A stretch of DNA of 63,945 nucleotides, the filler included, from Parasitella parasitica NRRL 2501 (lineage: Eukaryota; Fungi; Mucoromycota): the NCBI GenBank assembly GCA_025201805.1. It is 8 parts of 7 records of this genome, joined end to end, with 100 filler letters (N's around TTAATTAATTAA, not from the genome) between each part and the next. Parts side by side here need not be neighbours in the genome. Positions count along the whole stretch, not along the records: positions 44,559 to 57,586 come from MU619410.1; positions 57,687 to 60,545 come from MU619410.1; positions 60,646 to 62,676 come from MU619510.1; 5 more parts are not named here. One strand, 5' to 3'. Position numbers and translations under genes: made by a program. The notes under the pieces are model-generated. The model worked only from the letters and a program-made list of their open reading frames with translations, searched no databases and had not been told where the DNA came from. Below are positions 48,901 through 61,173 of this stretch, in pieces; the stretch's first letter is position 1, and every line of letters starts with the position of its first letter.

Positions 48901-49233
48901 GTGTGAGTATAAAATGATTGTTGTAACCGCAATTTGCTTTTACTAACCTTCTGTTCTTTGTTTCTGAAGAAGCAAACCATTTACATCTTCATCCGCTTGT
49001 ATACCCACATCTGTGTAATCAGGCATTTCGACATCACGATCGCCGTCTATAATCGCTGGCATCACAACTCTTCTTTCTTGTTCAAATTCGGCGTTCTCAG
49101 CTACACAGTAACGGAGATGATTTCTCAAGGCCCTCGCCGAAGACAACTGAGTCTCACAAAATGCGTTTGGGCATGATATGGGCTCAGTAACTCTAATTCT
49201 ATGTTTTGCGTAGTTTTGAGACATAATGGACAT
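45935..49233 (-). pseudogene. CMC/EnSpm (CACTA-type, Transposase_21-like) transposase with N-terminal C2H2 finger, disrupted
   Basis: CPNAFC...HLRYC; DICESGC..Y...C.HC.H.R; DVFDG; KDG; GDIPG; EETHLL.RG; HYLVH...IRKIGP...SLER. Confidence 0.85.
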
Positions 49234-50169
49234 TGGGAAAATGATAATGATGAATCAGGTTGACATTTGTTGCACTATTTATATAATTTTTTGTAAAAAT
49301 TCTGATAAATATGGATTTGGAACTATTCAATGTAGTATATTACATCATGTCTACAATTTCTGTTATATATGATGTTGCTTTAATCAATGCTGTGAATGGA
49401 GATGACAACCGTCTTGATTTCTGTAGTATATTGCGTAATTATCATGCATCTACTGCAGCGGTCCAAATGCAAATTTTATGTTTCAAGTCTTTATGGCGAC
49501 TCTTTGTTTTTGAATTATTAGTGTTTGGTTGTGAGTATGCGTCTGCTCGTATTATGTTTATTCTTTTGAATTAACTTCAATATGTCATGTGTCACAGCTG
49601 TATTCAATGATGAAATTATGTTTTTTGTTTGTTGGCGTTGTTTAGGATGTAAAGGCTAAGCGAGGTGGGTTGTTGAGTTGATGTTGTGCCTGAGATCCAA
49701 CTTGGGTATTCTCACAATTATGCAAAAGTATTATACCATGGTTACACTCATTAGAAATCCTTTATACCACAAGGCGATTATACTCTTTCTCAAGACCACT
49801 ATCCTTCCTGTCTCCTTCTGGTAATAACTAGTTTACGATTACTTGTACTAGCAGCACATGGCTAGTAATTGGTTCTATCTGGTGCAAGTTTATTAAGCCT
49901 CGATTCCACAAGCATGCAACCGATGTCAGCACTCGAAAAGTATAAATAGTCTAGGCAAATGTTGTGTAGAGAGGAATCATCTTATTTTTTGTATACGAAT
50001 AAATATATCCAGTTTTAATTGTATATCTATTTCGTATATTAAAACAGGCGTCAATGTAACCACCAATTTTTTCCAGAAAATCATGAATATAATGGTAACT
50101 TATATTTTTTGCTCATACTTTATCAATATCCTCTCTCACTATTGGAAAAACTTTTCTTGCATCAAAAAA

Positions 50170-50843
50170 ATGAACAACAACAACAACAACCATGCTGTCA
50201 TTGACATCAATTTCATGAATCGCATTCTGCAAGAGCTGATTGATATCAGGGCTGGTGTCAGTCATGGCAATGTCCGTCTGGATACTTTGGAGACAAACTT
50301 CAACCAGCAGTTTGTCGCCTCACCCCCTCCTGCTAATTACCAGGAGCTACAGATTGGTGTTTGTACTCTGAACGATCCTGTTCAACGCGCGATGCTCATG
50401 GCAGCCCCAAACCGAAGAGGGGCTCGCATCTTAAATTCCAACTTTCCTGGCCACGGCAATCCTGGGCTCGTGCGCAAATATGATGCATTGTTGCAAAGGC
50501 TCGATCAACTCAACAACGGTGCCAACACTCTTCCCTTGAAAACTGGCAATTAGCGTCTAGGCGAAGAAAGATGCAGGCTCTGGCTAGGGATGTTGTTGAG
50601 TTGGTTTTGTTGGAGCATCCAAATGCATTGGATTGGAAGGACGTGGATGACTCCGATCAAATGTCTTATGCCCTAACCTTGGAGGATAGGGTATTTACTC
50701 ATCATCATTATGCCATCCATCTCTGCAAAAAGCAATGGTATGCCAGGAACCTGCTTTCGCAAGGCTTTAAAGCCGTAAGGGCCAGAGCAAGAAGAGCTGC
50801 CCAACGTGCCCAGGTAAGAGATTGCTATTGCCATTCACAATAA
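50170..50843 (+). pseudogene. Divergent accessory ORF of the CMC element (one in-frame stop)
   Basis: ORFs 50083-50553 and 50571-50843 are nearly contiguous, lie opposite the transposase and have a TATAAATA upstream. Confidence 0.5.
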
Positions 50844-52169
50844 CGTTTTAATTTATTTTTGAAGTTCACTTGTGATTACTTAATAGAGGGAAGAAGCACC
50901 TGTTGCTAACCAACAAGGTGTTGCTCAGGATTTTGAAGAAGACGCCGGAGATGATAATGCTAGCACTACTAGCAATATTCTTGAATAAAACATATGTTTT
51001 GTTTATACATGCCTTGCTTTCAAATGTTGAGATGACCTTGTAGCGGTGTTTTTCCATTGCCTTCTTCCTGCATGCTTAGCCCAAAACATTGCATATTGTG
51101 ATGACCAAATGCATATTTTAGCTTCTTTGTTAGCTTCTACTTGGTCTTTTTCTTTTGCTTTCACTACCTTTACAACTTTATAAACTGGTATTTTAACTCA
51201 AAAAACATACAATATTAGCACATTTGTGCCAAATATAAGTACATTATACCTAGTAATAACATATTCACGTATCTGTAGTTTTATCATAAAAAATTGTAGC
51301 TTCTTCTCTTTCATCAAGGAATAGCTTGCAGTATAGCTTAGTGTGAAGAAATCATACCCAACATATTTTGTGTATTGCTGTCATCATGGTATGTATTCGA
51401 GTTTATCCTAACAAACTATTAATCCTTTTGTCAATAATATATAGAAGCTCTACTCAGTCCAATTTTTCATACGAGAGCATGGTATTGCTATGTGGATTAA
51501 ATTGTTTGTAGCAACTAAATAATTGACTACTTTACTGCTGAATATAGGCTATAGCTAAAGATGATATTTTGTATGAATCACTTTTTTGCATTACGTCGTT
51601 TGGGTGTAAATGCCAAGGTAGTATTCAATACTTTTTGGCTTGCTTCTTTTGCTTTATTAATAATACACTAAAACTAGATCTCTCTACTATTTAGGCATGG
51701 TACAGGTTTATTTTTGTGTCCAGTATCTGAACATATACGATAATATGAGAGGTTTGCTGTTCACTTATGCCCTGAATTCTAGAATTTATGAAGCTAAACC
51801 TTTCTACTTTTTTTCAAGATGCTGCCTCCTTGCTTCTTTTTTCGAGTATTGGATATAATATAGTGTATCATCTCTTTTCACAATTAACGCAGGTGGTTAT
51901 TTGTTATTTTCGTCAACTAAATTTATTTTACTGATGCGCTTTTCTTTTATATAGCAAATACCACAGTAGCTGCTTCAATTTCAAATCGGGTAATAGCTAA
52001 TCTTGCCCTGTTTTCCATCATTGCCTGTGTCAACCAAAGGCTACTTAATCAAGACAATACTGTAACAGATTACTGGTCTATACTACAAAAATTGAAAGCT
52101 AAAGCTACGTTTTTACACGCAAATTTTACTTTTTTGAGAACATTTTTTTGAGTTTACTGGCATATTTTC

Positions 52170-52339
52170 GCTTCATGAGCACATTTTTTCAAGCCTATGA
52201 AACTAGTTATTTATGTGCTCAATTGAGCATAAAAATGTGATAATTCAAGAGGTTTTAATTTTTGTTCTCGCATGAGCACATTTATCGCCTTAACCTAGCT
52301 CGATAAGCACTTTTTTTGGCTCTAAAAAATGTTCCCGTG
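52170..52339 (-). mobile_element. Probable right terminus of the CMC element (CACGGG on minus) with GAGCAC subterminal repeats
   Basis: ...gttcccGTG followed by TA; repeated catgagcaca/tgtgctc motifs. Confidence 0.45.
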
Positions 52340-52399
52340 TATGCACATCTAAATTCTCATGAGAACATCGGCGAGGCCATAGTGATAATTACCATTTTT

Positions 52400-52700
52400 A
52401 AACGCAATATGCTAGGAATTTTTGGTAATTGCAATGCCTGAAAGTGGACAAATGGGTTTTTATAATCAAACCAAGCCATAAGCGTACTTGTGCTTAGTCT
52501 CATTTCATCCGGTATTTCAGCACAAGTATCGCCATCTTCAAAAGAAACTGTATGCTTGTTTCGTAAGTTAACAAAATGCATGCTATAAGTGGGGTACTCC
52601 CATGAGTGGGAAGCTCGTTTAATATCCAGGCGGCTTCAGTGGAGACAATATACTTACCTTGGATGTAGTTGAACATTTCAATAGAGTTAGAGAAGCCAGA
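52400..52700 (-). pseudogene. Helitron RepHel fragment
   Basis: E..NY.QGKY.VSTEAAW...LPTH...P and TSTLMAWF match the conserved Helitron Rep-helicase linker motifs. Confidence 0.65.
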
Positions 52701-54038
52701 ATAAAGAAAGATCAATACGTGGCAATAATCAAACCATTGCAGAAGCCAAATATATTTGTGGTCTTGGTGCCACGAAGCATTTTTTTCAATATAGCACTAA
52801 AATTCTTGTAATTAGATTAGCCCTGTCTTTCGCGAAGGCTAAAGTATAGAGATACTGCGTATCTGTGGTTCCAAAAACCAGTTGCATGTCTAGCGTCTAG
52901 TTTTATGTTTCTTTATTTTTTGGGTTTCAAAGAGCAAATGATTGCTTAAAGAGTAAATGCATATCTCAAGAATAATTTGTACAGCCAGAAGGACTCCAGA
53001 TTGTTTATTTTTAAGATCTTTTGTTAAAACAATTATAAAGTTAGAGATAATGTGAAAAAATAATTTTTTTTATTGGAAAATAGAAGACAGTGTTATTTAG
53101 CTTCGTATATACCACTTTAACAAGTATACATACTACTAGGCAAGATCTACCACGAGAAGGTAAACACTTTTGGATCTCAATCATCATTATCAATAATGAT
53201 AAAGTAGTTCTTATCTACCATTAAAGATTCAGACATAAAGATGTATTGATATATTGTAGATAAACCAAGAGTTTATGATACAGAAAATCAATTTCTGGCG
53301 AAACCTTGCTTTTGATCATTCCTCACACATCGAAAATGCAACCGCTTGGCATAGGACCTTTTATTTCAGGACCGTTCGAAGGCATTGTATATCACCAGAT
53401 TTAAGCTTGTTATATGTGAGGATATGACTGGCTTTGAGGTGGGTATAGGTGGAGGTGACTAAAAAAGAAATAAGGTAATAACGTAGAAAGTGAAAAAAAA
53501 AGGAAAGAAAAAAGAAGAAAAAGAAAAAGAAAAAGAAAAAAGGGGAACAGGATAAAGAAAAGAGAAAAGAAAAAGTGATGAATTTGATGGGGGCCTTTTT
53601 GAAATGTACAAGCAAGGAAGCAAATCAAATGAAGGGCTTACCAAATTATCAAGAACAAAATACTTACAATACCAAGTCAGATTTTCTTTGTAATAAAGCA
53701 GAGTATTTTAGATACATTTTTTTCAAACTTTAACCTGAACTTACCATGAGAACTAAAGAGAGAAAGAAAAGAGAATTAAATTGAAAAATTTTCTCAACAA
53801 TTTTTATAGATTGGAGCATTCACATTTTGTGGCTTTTTATGTTTAGTATAGCGACTTGATTTGCTGCACAAGCAATTGGCCGACTTGTAATAATAGCTCC
53901 ATATGCCTCATTTACAAGAAAATAATAATAATCTACGGTATTTTTCATAATTCAAGGAGGTTTTGTTCAACATTAAAATATGATTTTTATTCTGTGGTCT
54001 ACTCTACGCTTAAATATAATGTCACCTTCAAATAAAAT

Positions 54039-54231
54039 TGTTATATCAATAACATGGCAAGGTCTCACATCAGTTCCAGGGTCTTACAGTAGATCATGGT
54101 AGTCATGATTTAAATTATGCAGTTAGACAGTATAGCCCTAGTGTAATAAATGTGTATATAATACATTGAGAGATGTATTATGAATAAAAGTGTAATTCTT
54201 TGGCAGATTTATTTTATCAGACTTTTTGACA
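54039..54231 (+). mobile_element. Solo LTR of the 2244-8572 Gypsy family
   Basis: TG...CA; reverse complement of the LTRs at 2244 and 8361 with small deletions. Confidence 0.88.
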
Positions 54232-54495
54232 TAACATATAGCGCCCTTGAATATATACATTCTATCTGATGCTTGCCTTGTTTTTATAAATCCCATGGTT
54301 CCTTTTTTTTGGCAAATGTTTATGCCATTTGTGTAACTTGAAGCAGTAATGGTGAAAAATTGTAATGTCGTCTTATAAATGTCTCTGGGAATATCAGCAA
54401 AAAATACCTCTCACGTTTTTCTGTATAAATTGGAAAAAATAAATTTACCACATCCTTTTGATCCTACTGCTTATTTAGAAATTACAGTTAAAAAC

Positions 54496-55098
54496 ATGTC
54501 CCGCCCAGCAACAATTTTATCTCAAGCTGAAATTGATCGTTTAACAGCGCATAAAGACCATATCTAGCAGTTGATCCGTGATCATATCCCCCATTTTCTG
54601 CAAATGTACCTAAAAAAAAGAAGATATGGCAAGAAGAGGCAAAGCTTGGATAACAAAAACACTCAAGGCAGCACCATCAGCCAAAACTTTCTCAAAGGTT
54701 GCGGTCGTATCACAGAGTCTATGATAGCTAAATATGAAGCCAGCATTAGCAAATTTGCATATAGAGAAATCCAGAAAGCTCGTGGAATCAATACCTCTTT
54801 AGCCTATTGCAATACGCTGGTAGAGTTCCTTTTGTTTTATAAAAAAGTCTACGCTGTTCATCCGCTTGTCTCTCGTTTCCAAGTTGCCGGTGGAAAGCTG
54901 CTTGCATTTCTTTTGGAATCGGTAAATATGAATGATATGTGTATACACGCAGCTAATGGTGTTTTGTTCTGTTTAAAGGTGGTAGAACGTACACTTTGTA
55001 AAGCTGGAAAAACCTATATCGACGAATCAAACACACCAGAAGATTTCAATCCCTTTTATAGAAATTATCGGGAGCAAAAGCAATTCCTCGACGTTTGA
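54496..55098 (+). pseudogene. Hypothetical ORF convergent on the transposase, one in-frame TAG; likely TE accessory gene
   Basis: MSRPAT...HI*QLIRDH... continues in frame into the 175-aa ORF. Confidence 0.45.
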
Positions 55099-55223
55099 TT
55101 GAGTAAAATAAGATCACTTCCCTGAAAAAAGAATAAATAAGATCTAAGCCTAAAAAAACTTAAAAAATTGCGTTTTATTGATTCGTAAAAAAAAAGTGAC
55201 TCTAAAAAAAGTAAAAACAGAAG

Positions 55224-57009
55224 TCAAGCTTGGATTGACCTATGATATCTTAGCAATGTCCAAAGAGATCCAAATTTATGAACGTTCAAAAGCCCGCAAC
55301 CATTGAAATAGGGAGTATCTATATCAAAATGTTCAACCAGCTGATGGTCTTCAGTGAGAACGAATTCATTGCCATCAGGGTAGAGAACAATGTTGTTATC
55401 TTGATTTGCCAGAAAAAGAGGAAACAACTTGCTCTTGAAGCCTTCAAAGTGCTTGGCATCATAGGAAGCAATATTATACTTTTGCAAGTATTTGATTGTT
55501 CTACCATCAACCTTTTCAACACGAGACACACATGCAATAAATGAGAGAAATGAAGAAGACAATTGACGGAAGATGCCAGCAGTACCAGTCTTGACGATGG
55601 ATAAAGAAGCATCATGGTAATCATTGTTATCTTGATTTTCACGGGTCTTTAAAACCTCAACAGCAAAATCAGTGCAAGCATCTTTAAGGAAAACCTTGAT
55701 AGCACTAGACACCTCTGTACGAACCTCACCCTCACGAGAGGCAACAAGAAAAAAACCGCCATGAATGAGATGGTGTACAATGAATTGTTTTGCGAAACTT
55801 ACGGCAACATCTCTTGCAGAGAAGTGCCTGTTCGTAAGCAAAATTTCTTCACGTATGAACTTGTTAAACTGTTCACCATGTTCGGTTTCAAAATGCACAG
55901 CTAGTCCAAAACGGCGAATGTCATCCTTCAGATGATGCAGAAAATGGGCCTTGGGAGCAGTTGATGCAAAGGGAGGCTCAATCTTGTAACAAGTGCTGAT
56001 ACAGTAGTTATCAATCTTCAAACAGATATCACTTAACTCAGTCGTGAGACTATCAACTCTCCACAAATATTCATCCAAATGGTTATGTATACTACGCATA
56101 TATAGCAAAGAAGACAAAGAACCAATAATTTCGAAACATTTTGTGGTCAAATTGAGGTGAGGGTCAGCTTCAACATCGAGAGTACTTCTCAGACACACAG
56201 GCAAGATTTGGATCAATTGCTTAAAATCACGACCAACAAAGGAGCCATTATGTCTCATAAGAGATCGGAAAGTTCTGGAATATGCTTTGCAACTACGGTA
56301 CTTGGTAAGAGCAGCCTGAAGTCTGTTCTTGTCAGAAGTAAAAGAAAGCACATTTTTCCATAGGAAGGCAATCATAAATTTGGCAATTCCCAAAGGCAAA
56401 GTGTGGAGCAGCTCAATAGGTGTGTCTGTGGTTGGATCAAAAGCGCACAGTCGCAGAAGATGCTCACTACCATTTTTCTTGCAGCTGGATGAATCCTGGA
56501 TTTGCTTCAGCATCACAGGATCAGTAGCTTTACTAACTTCAAGCAGACGAGCCTTTGTTCTTGGAGGATAAGTATGTACAATGGGAGTTAAGAGTTTCAT
56601 AGGCTCAGTTTCCCATGCTAGCCTACGTTGAGCGCTTGCATTCTTTTTTGGTCGTGGATTTGGGTTGGGAGTATGGCGGATAGTACACTTTCGGCAGTGA
56701 AATCTAGAGCCACTTCCACCATGCATTGACAGCTCAGACTGACGATAGTTATCTGCTTGAATGAATAACAGAGGAGCAACAACAAGAACATACTCGTGAT
56801 GAACTATGGAATAAACTTCATAGCCGTTTTCAAGAACTAGCAAGTCATCAACCAAAGGAGGAAGCATATCAATGGCAGACAAATTTTTGTTGGTAGTGCA
56901 AATAAAATAGATATCGTTTTTGGATCCTCTTCTGTCGAAGGAAAGAGCGGCAAGAGTCATCAAGTAGCTATCAAATACACTGTATTGTTTAGATAGGTTA
57001 CCAGACGTA
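55224..57009 (-). CDS. CMC-like DDE transposase (DDxSGNxSK family), 5'-truncated by a nested insertion
   Basis: TSGNLSKQ, ADN..QSE, CRKC, DTPIELLHT..LG..K, KAHFLHHL..DIRRFG, FETE..EQFN. Confidence 0.85.
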
Positions 57010-57586
57010 CACCATGGCGAAAGAAAGCGTTAAATTTAACAGTCGAGCTAATCGCTAACGTTGCATTTATCAGTCTAGCGTTAAATCAAGCTCCAGAGAT
57101 AATTTAACCGTTAAGCGATAAACTAAACGTGAGAGCTTAGGGTAACTGGTTAGCGATAAATGCAACGATAGTATTTGAACAAGCTATAAAGCGCTAGATT
57201 TAACGATAGCATTAAAAAGGATCTACGACGATGGATTTAGCGATAGTATTAAAACAAGCTCTACGGCGATGGATTTAGCGATAGCATTGAAATAAGCTCT
57301 ACGGCGATGGATTTAGCGACAGCATTGAAACAAGCTCTACGGCGATGAATTTAGCGACAGCATTAAAACAAGCTATACAACAACGGATTTAACGATAGCT
57401 ATCTAGTAGGAATAAAACTAGCACTAGCAGCTTGGTGACAGTGTAAGCTTTTTGTTATTAAATCAATCAAACATTTTTGTTTTTTACATTATAGTACATT
57501 GTATAGATAGATTTATAAAATTAAGCATCATCTAAGACATCTTTGAACAGTTTATTAAGATAAAAGACTACATGATTTATTATATG
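57010..57586 (+). mobile_element. CACCATGGC-ended element inserted into the transposase
   Basis: TA|CACCATGGCG exactly where the transposase frame breaks; subterminal tandem repeats. Confidence 0.7.
57166..57399. repeat. 38-bp tandem repeat (about 6 copies)
   Basis: Consensus cgatagcattRaaacaagctctacggcgatggatttag, head-to-tail without spacers. Confidence 0.92.
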
Positions 57587-57698
57587 NNNNNNNNNNNNNN
57601 NNNNNNNNNNNNNNNNNNNNNNNNNNNNNNTTAATTAATTAANNNNNNNNNNNNNNNNNNNNNNNNNNNNNNNNNNNNNNNNNNNNTATATATCGATT

Positions 57699-59342
57699 TT
57701 GCCATGCATACCATTGGTTTCAAATAAGCTAAAAAAATTGGTGCACCCAAGCATCGCACCAGTGGAGATCGAAGAGGGGCAAAAACAAGGCTATTTTGTT
57801 GTGAATCTCTCAAAGAATCAAACATTTACGGAGGAACCTGAATTTTATTTCTCCAATGGATTTAAACCCCAACAGCAAGACGAAGAAGATGTTGGTAACA
57901 ATGCATTCTCTATTGTATTCAGAACGGTGCAAATGTTGATTTAGTTTATTCATAGATCAAGATTTTTCAGACACAGATGAAGAGAGTCAGCATGACGATG
58001 AGGAAGAGTTACCAGAGTCCTCAAATGCAAGGGACCAAAGAAAAAATCAAAGAAAACAGGGCGAAATGGATGATGAAGAGGAACATAATGCCGTCTTCGC
58101 AGAATTGCAGAATCTTCAGCGTTTCGAAGACTATGATACTGAAACCAATGCCGATGGAGCCGGGAAGGAAAATCACAGCAACAATAATTTTATAGATAGC
58201 GATGATGACACGCATACAGTAAAAAACCAGCATGATAATGAAAATGGTATTAGTAGTATAACATATGATTTACATGCCGACTCTACCTGACCATATCTTT
58301 CTTTTTTTTATTGAAGAAGATGATGAATGGGGTACTAGAGCTAATGCAACACTCGAAAGAGAATGCGAAGAAATTATTGCTGAGTACAAGAAAATTACTT
58401 CAGATGATTATGACCCAAGAAATGATACTAGCAAGGAGAGTGAAGCGGACAAAGAGAAAAATTCCCACTCGCGAGATGTGCTGTGGCCCTTTGAGGTTGA
58501 AAGTAAGTACCATGATGATTTATACAGTCTCTTGAAAGTGTGTACACATTCAATAAATACGCATTGATGCTGTTTATTGCTTGCATTTGTCGACAGCAAA
58601 GCATTGAAGATGAATATTATGCTATTCATTTATAATGCAGCATCAAATTTGCTTTGCTTTTAAATACGAGAGGCCACCATTCAACTGTTGAGAGATATCG
58701 CATTTGTATATAAACTCCAAAAGATGCTAATCATATTACAAATACAAATTTAAAGCAGTAGGAGATTTGCCGGTATCGTCTAGTCGTGTTTCATTGCAAC
58801 CTGGAAATACGAGAACCAAGAGAGACAAAGGCAAGGCTCGTGCTGATCAAAGGATGAGAGACTCCCAGAATAATGAAAGCGATAGTTCTATTGAAGAGGT
58901 ATATAAATTCCCGGTCTTCAAAACTAATGAGATATGCAAAGAATAATTAAAACTCTTTTAAAAGATATTTACTAGAAAAAGATCAAGAACGAGTAGCGTA
59001 CAATCTATTTGGACAGCAACTGCTGATGATGAGACATCATTTATAGATGATTCATTAATTGCAGGAGATAGCGGAAGCCAATTTTCATCGGTAGCAGAGA
59101 AACCCGGAAAAAATGCTGACTGCATTTCATCGAATAAGGTTCCGGTGCAGAAACGAGGAAGAGGAAGACCCAAAAAAAACAACATGAAAAGAAAGCCAGG
59201 ACGCCCTAAAAAATATGGTTCAGGGACATCTGATTCAATTGATCAGCTAAACACTTTAGATAATAATTTCAGTGAATTGGCTGTTTCTCGCCCCTATTGT
59301 AGACCCTCGTCATCTAAACCCATCTCAAATTCAAAGAAATAA
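57699..59342 (+). pseudogene. Fragmented acidic protein with two AT-hook motifs, probably TE-borne
   Basis: Acidic ORF pieces separated by intron-like segments; KRGRGRPKK and KRKPGRPKK. Confidence 0.45.
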
Positions 59343-59668
59343 AAGCTTCTCCCTTGGAAAGAAATGACAACAGCGAGCTTTTGGTATATAGCGGGTATCA
59401 GAATTCATTTGAGAACTCAGCTCCACCAGATCTCTCAAGAAGCTTTCTGTAAATTGGCAGCCCAGCATTCATCTCTTTGCTATAAATGAATAGGTTTTGA
59501 GAACATGTTTCTAAACATTTATTTTGTTTTACAAAATGAGTTNNNNNNNNNNCAAATGAAATCTGAAATACATCTAATTTTAATTTGGAATATTCTCTTG
59601 CTACTTTACAATAGCTGAGCTAACAGTATACACCAACTAATTGACCATCTATTGTGGTGTATTTATGT

Positions 59669-60027
59669 CGCAAGACTTGCTTGAATACAGCCAAATTTCA
59701 AAATTTAATTAAAAATATGTAAAAACGTGCAAAAAATACAAGGTTAATTTTGTTTTATTTAAAAAGGTGCATACTATTCAAATAAATTATCCACTAGTAA
59801 ATCTAAGCAATATATTTTATGTAAAAAACCATCAAAAAGTTGTTCCATTTATTTCGCGAGACTTGCTTGAATACAGCCAAATTTCAAAATTCAATTAAAA
59901 ATATGTAAAAACATGTAAAAAATACAAGAAGGCTAATTTTGTTTTATTGCGAAAGGTACATGCTACTCAAATAAATTATCTACTAACAAATCCAAGCAGT
60001 TTATTACATGTAAAAAAACCATCAAAG
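59669..60027. repeat. Two-copy tandem duplication, period about 186 bp
   Basis: Both copies start cgcRagacttgcttgaatacagccaaatttcaaaatt (59669, 59855). Confidence 0.85.
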
Positions 60028-60422
60028 TATCGGGATTCTCACATTTTTCATTGAAGTTTGGACCAAATAGTCCAAAAAAGGAGATAAATTTAGCAGGGAC
60101 TTCCCTTACATTTAATAATATGTTAAAATCAACTGAAAGCTATCGGCCCATACTTAATGTTATTAACCATAATAATATAATAAAGTAATCCTTTAAAAGC
60201 CTTTACGAAACGAATTTTTATTGTTGAGATACATGAATTATCGCCATATGTAGTGTAGTTTTGTGACGAAATGAAACAGATTTCATCCGTAAATCTAATC
60301 TTGTAGACAACGCTAGCACTGGCATTTTAAAGATAAGGTAATGTATACATATCTTAACGATGATTGTAAATTTAGCTCTACTATTGTGCAATTGCTGACT
60401 CATTACTTATCGCAGAGACATA

Positions 60423-60545
60423 CACCATGGCTAACTTGTGTGATAAAATCCTAACTACTGGTGATGCTTTAGCAACTAGGTGTCCAAAATAAGCACCAGT
60501 GATTAGATTTTACACACAAAATGTAGAACTCAATCACTCAAACAT
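60423..60545 (+). mobile_element. CACCATGGCTAACTT-type terminus running into a gap
   Basis: First 15 nt identical to the 8641 terminus; preceded by TA. Confidence 0.65.
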
Positions 60546-60645
60546 NNNNNNNNNNNNNNNNNNNNNNNNNNNNNNNNNNNNNNNNNNNNTTAATTAATTA
60601 ANNNNNNNNNNNNNNNNNNNNNNNNNNNNNNNNNNNNNNNNNNNN

Positions 60646-60885
60646 CCTAGCACAGCACACTTGGAGGGTTTCCACCGATAGCCAAGAGAGACCGAGTGAC
60701 CAGCAGCAACATCCAGCATACGCTGCACCTCAGCTTTGGACCCAAAGACAGCAACATCGTCAGCAAACAGGAGACTATTAATAGCAATAGGAGCATCAGA
60801 TCCAGGCACAGGCAGCATAATAGCACCAGTTGCACCAGAACGCAAAAGACTCGATAAAGAGTTGATTTACAACGAGTACAGGTGG
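60646..60885 (-). pseudogene. 5'-truncated non-LTR retrotransposon RT fragment
   Basis: HLYSL*IN...INSLLFADD...GYRWKPSKC; paralog of 61174-62634. Confidence 0.85.
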
Positions 60886-61173
60886 CTCACTTAGCTCAGT
60901 TTAAGATTTGTTTTTATTAATAAAGAAATTTTATGGGCACTCGATATGAGCAAAGCCTAATTTCAAGAAAAAGAGAAGAACAGTATAAAAACCCTTCTTA
61001 AGAACACTAAACTACTAATGAAGGTAAAAATGACAATGGATAACAGTGAAGAAAGACCAGGAGGTTAATAGTTTGAATGAGAATGATCCTGAGGAGTGAC
61101 CAACGGATGGGAACTTTGATATGACTTACCACCGTGGCATCGCTCAAGGAAGACATTTCACCAAAGGTTCACC

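Noticed and set aside
57166-57399. CRISPR-like array of 38-bp repeats
   Set aside because: Units are contiguous with no unique spacers, there are no cas genes, and the context is a eukaryotic TE end.
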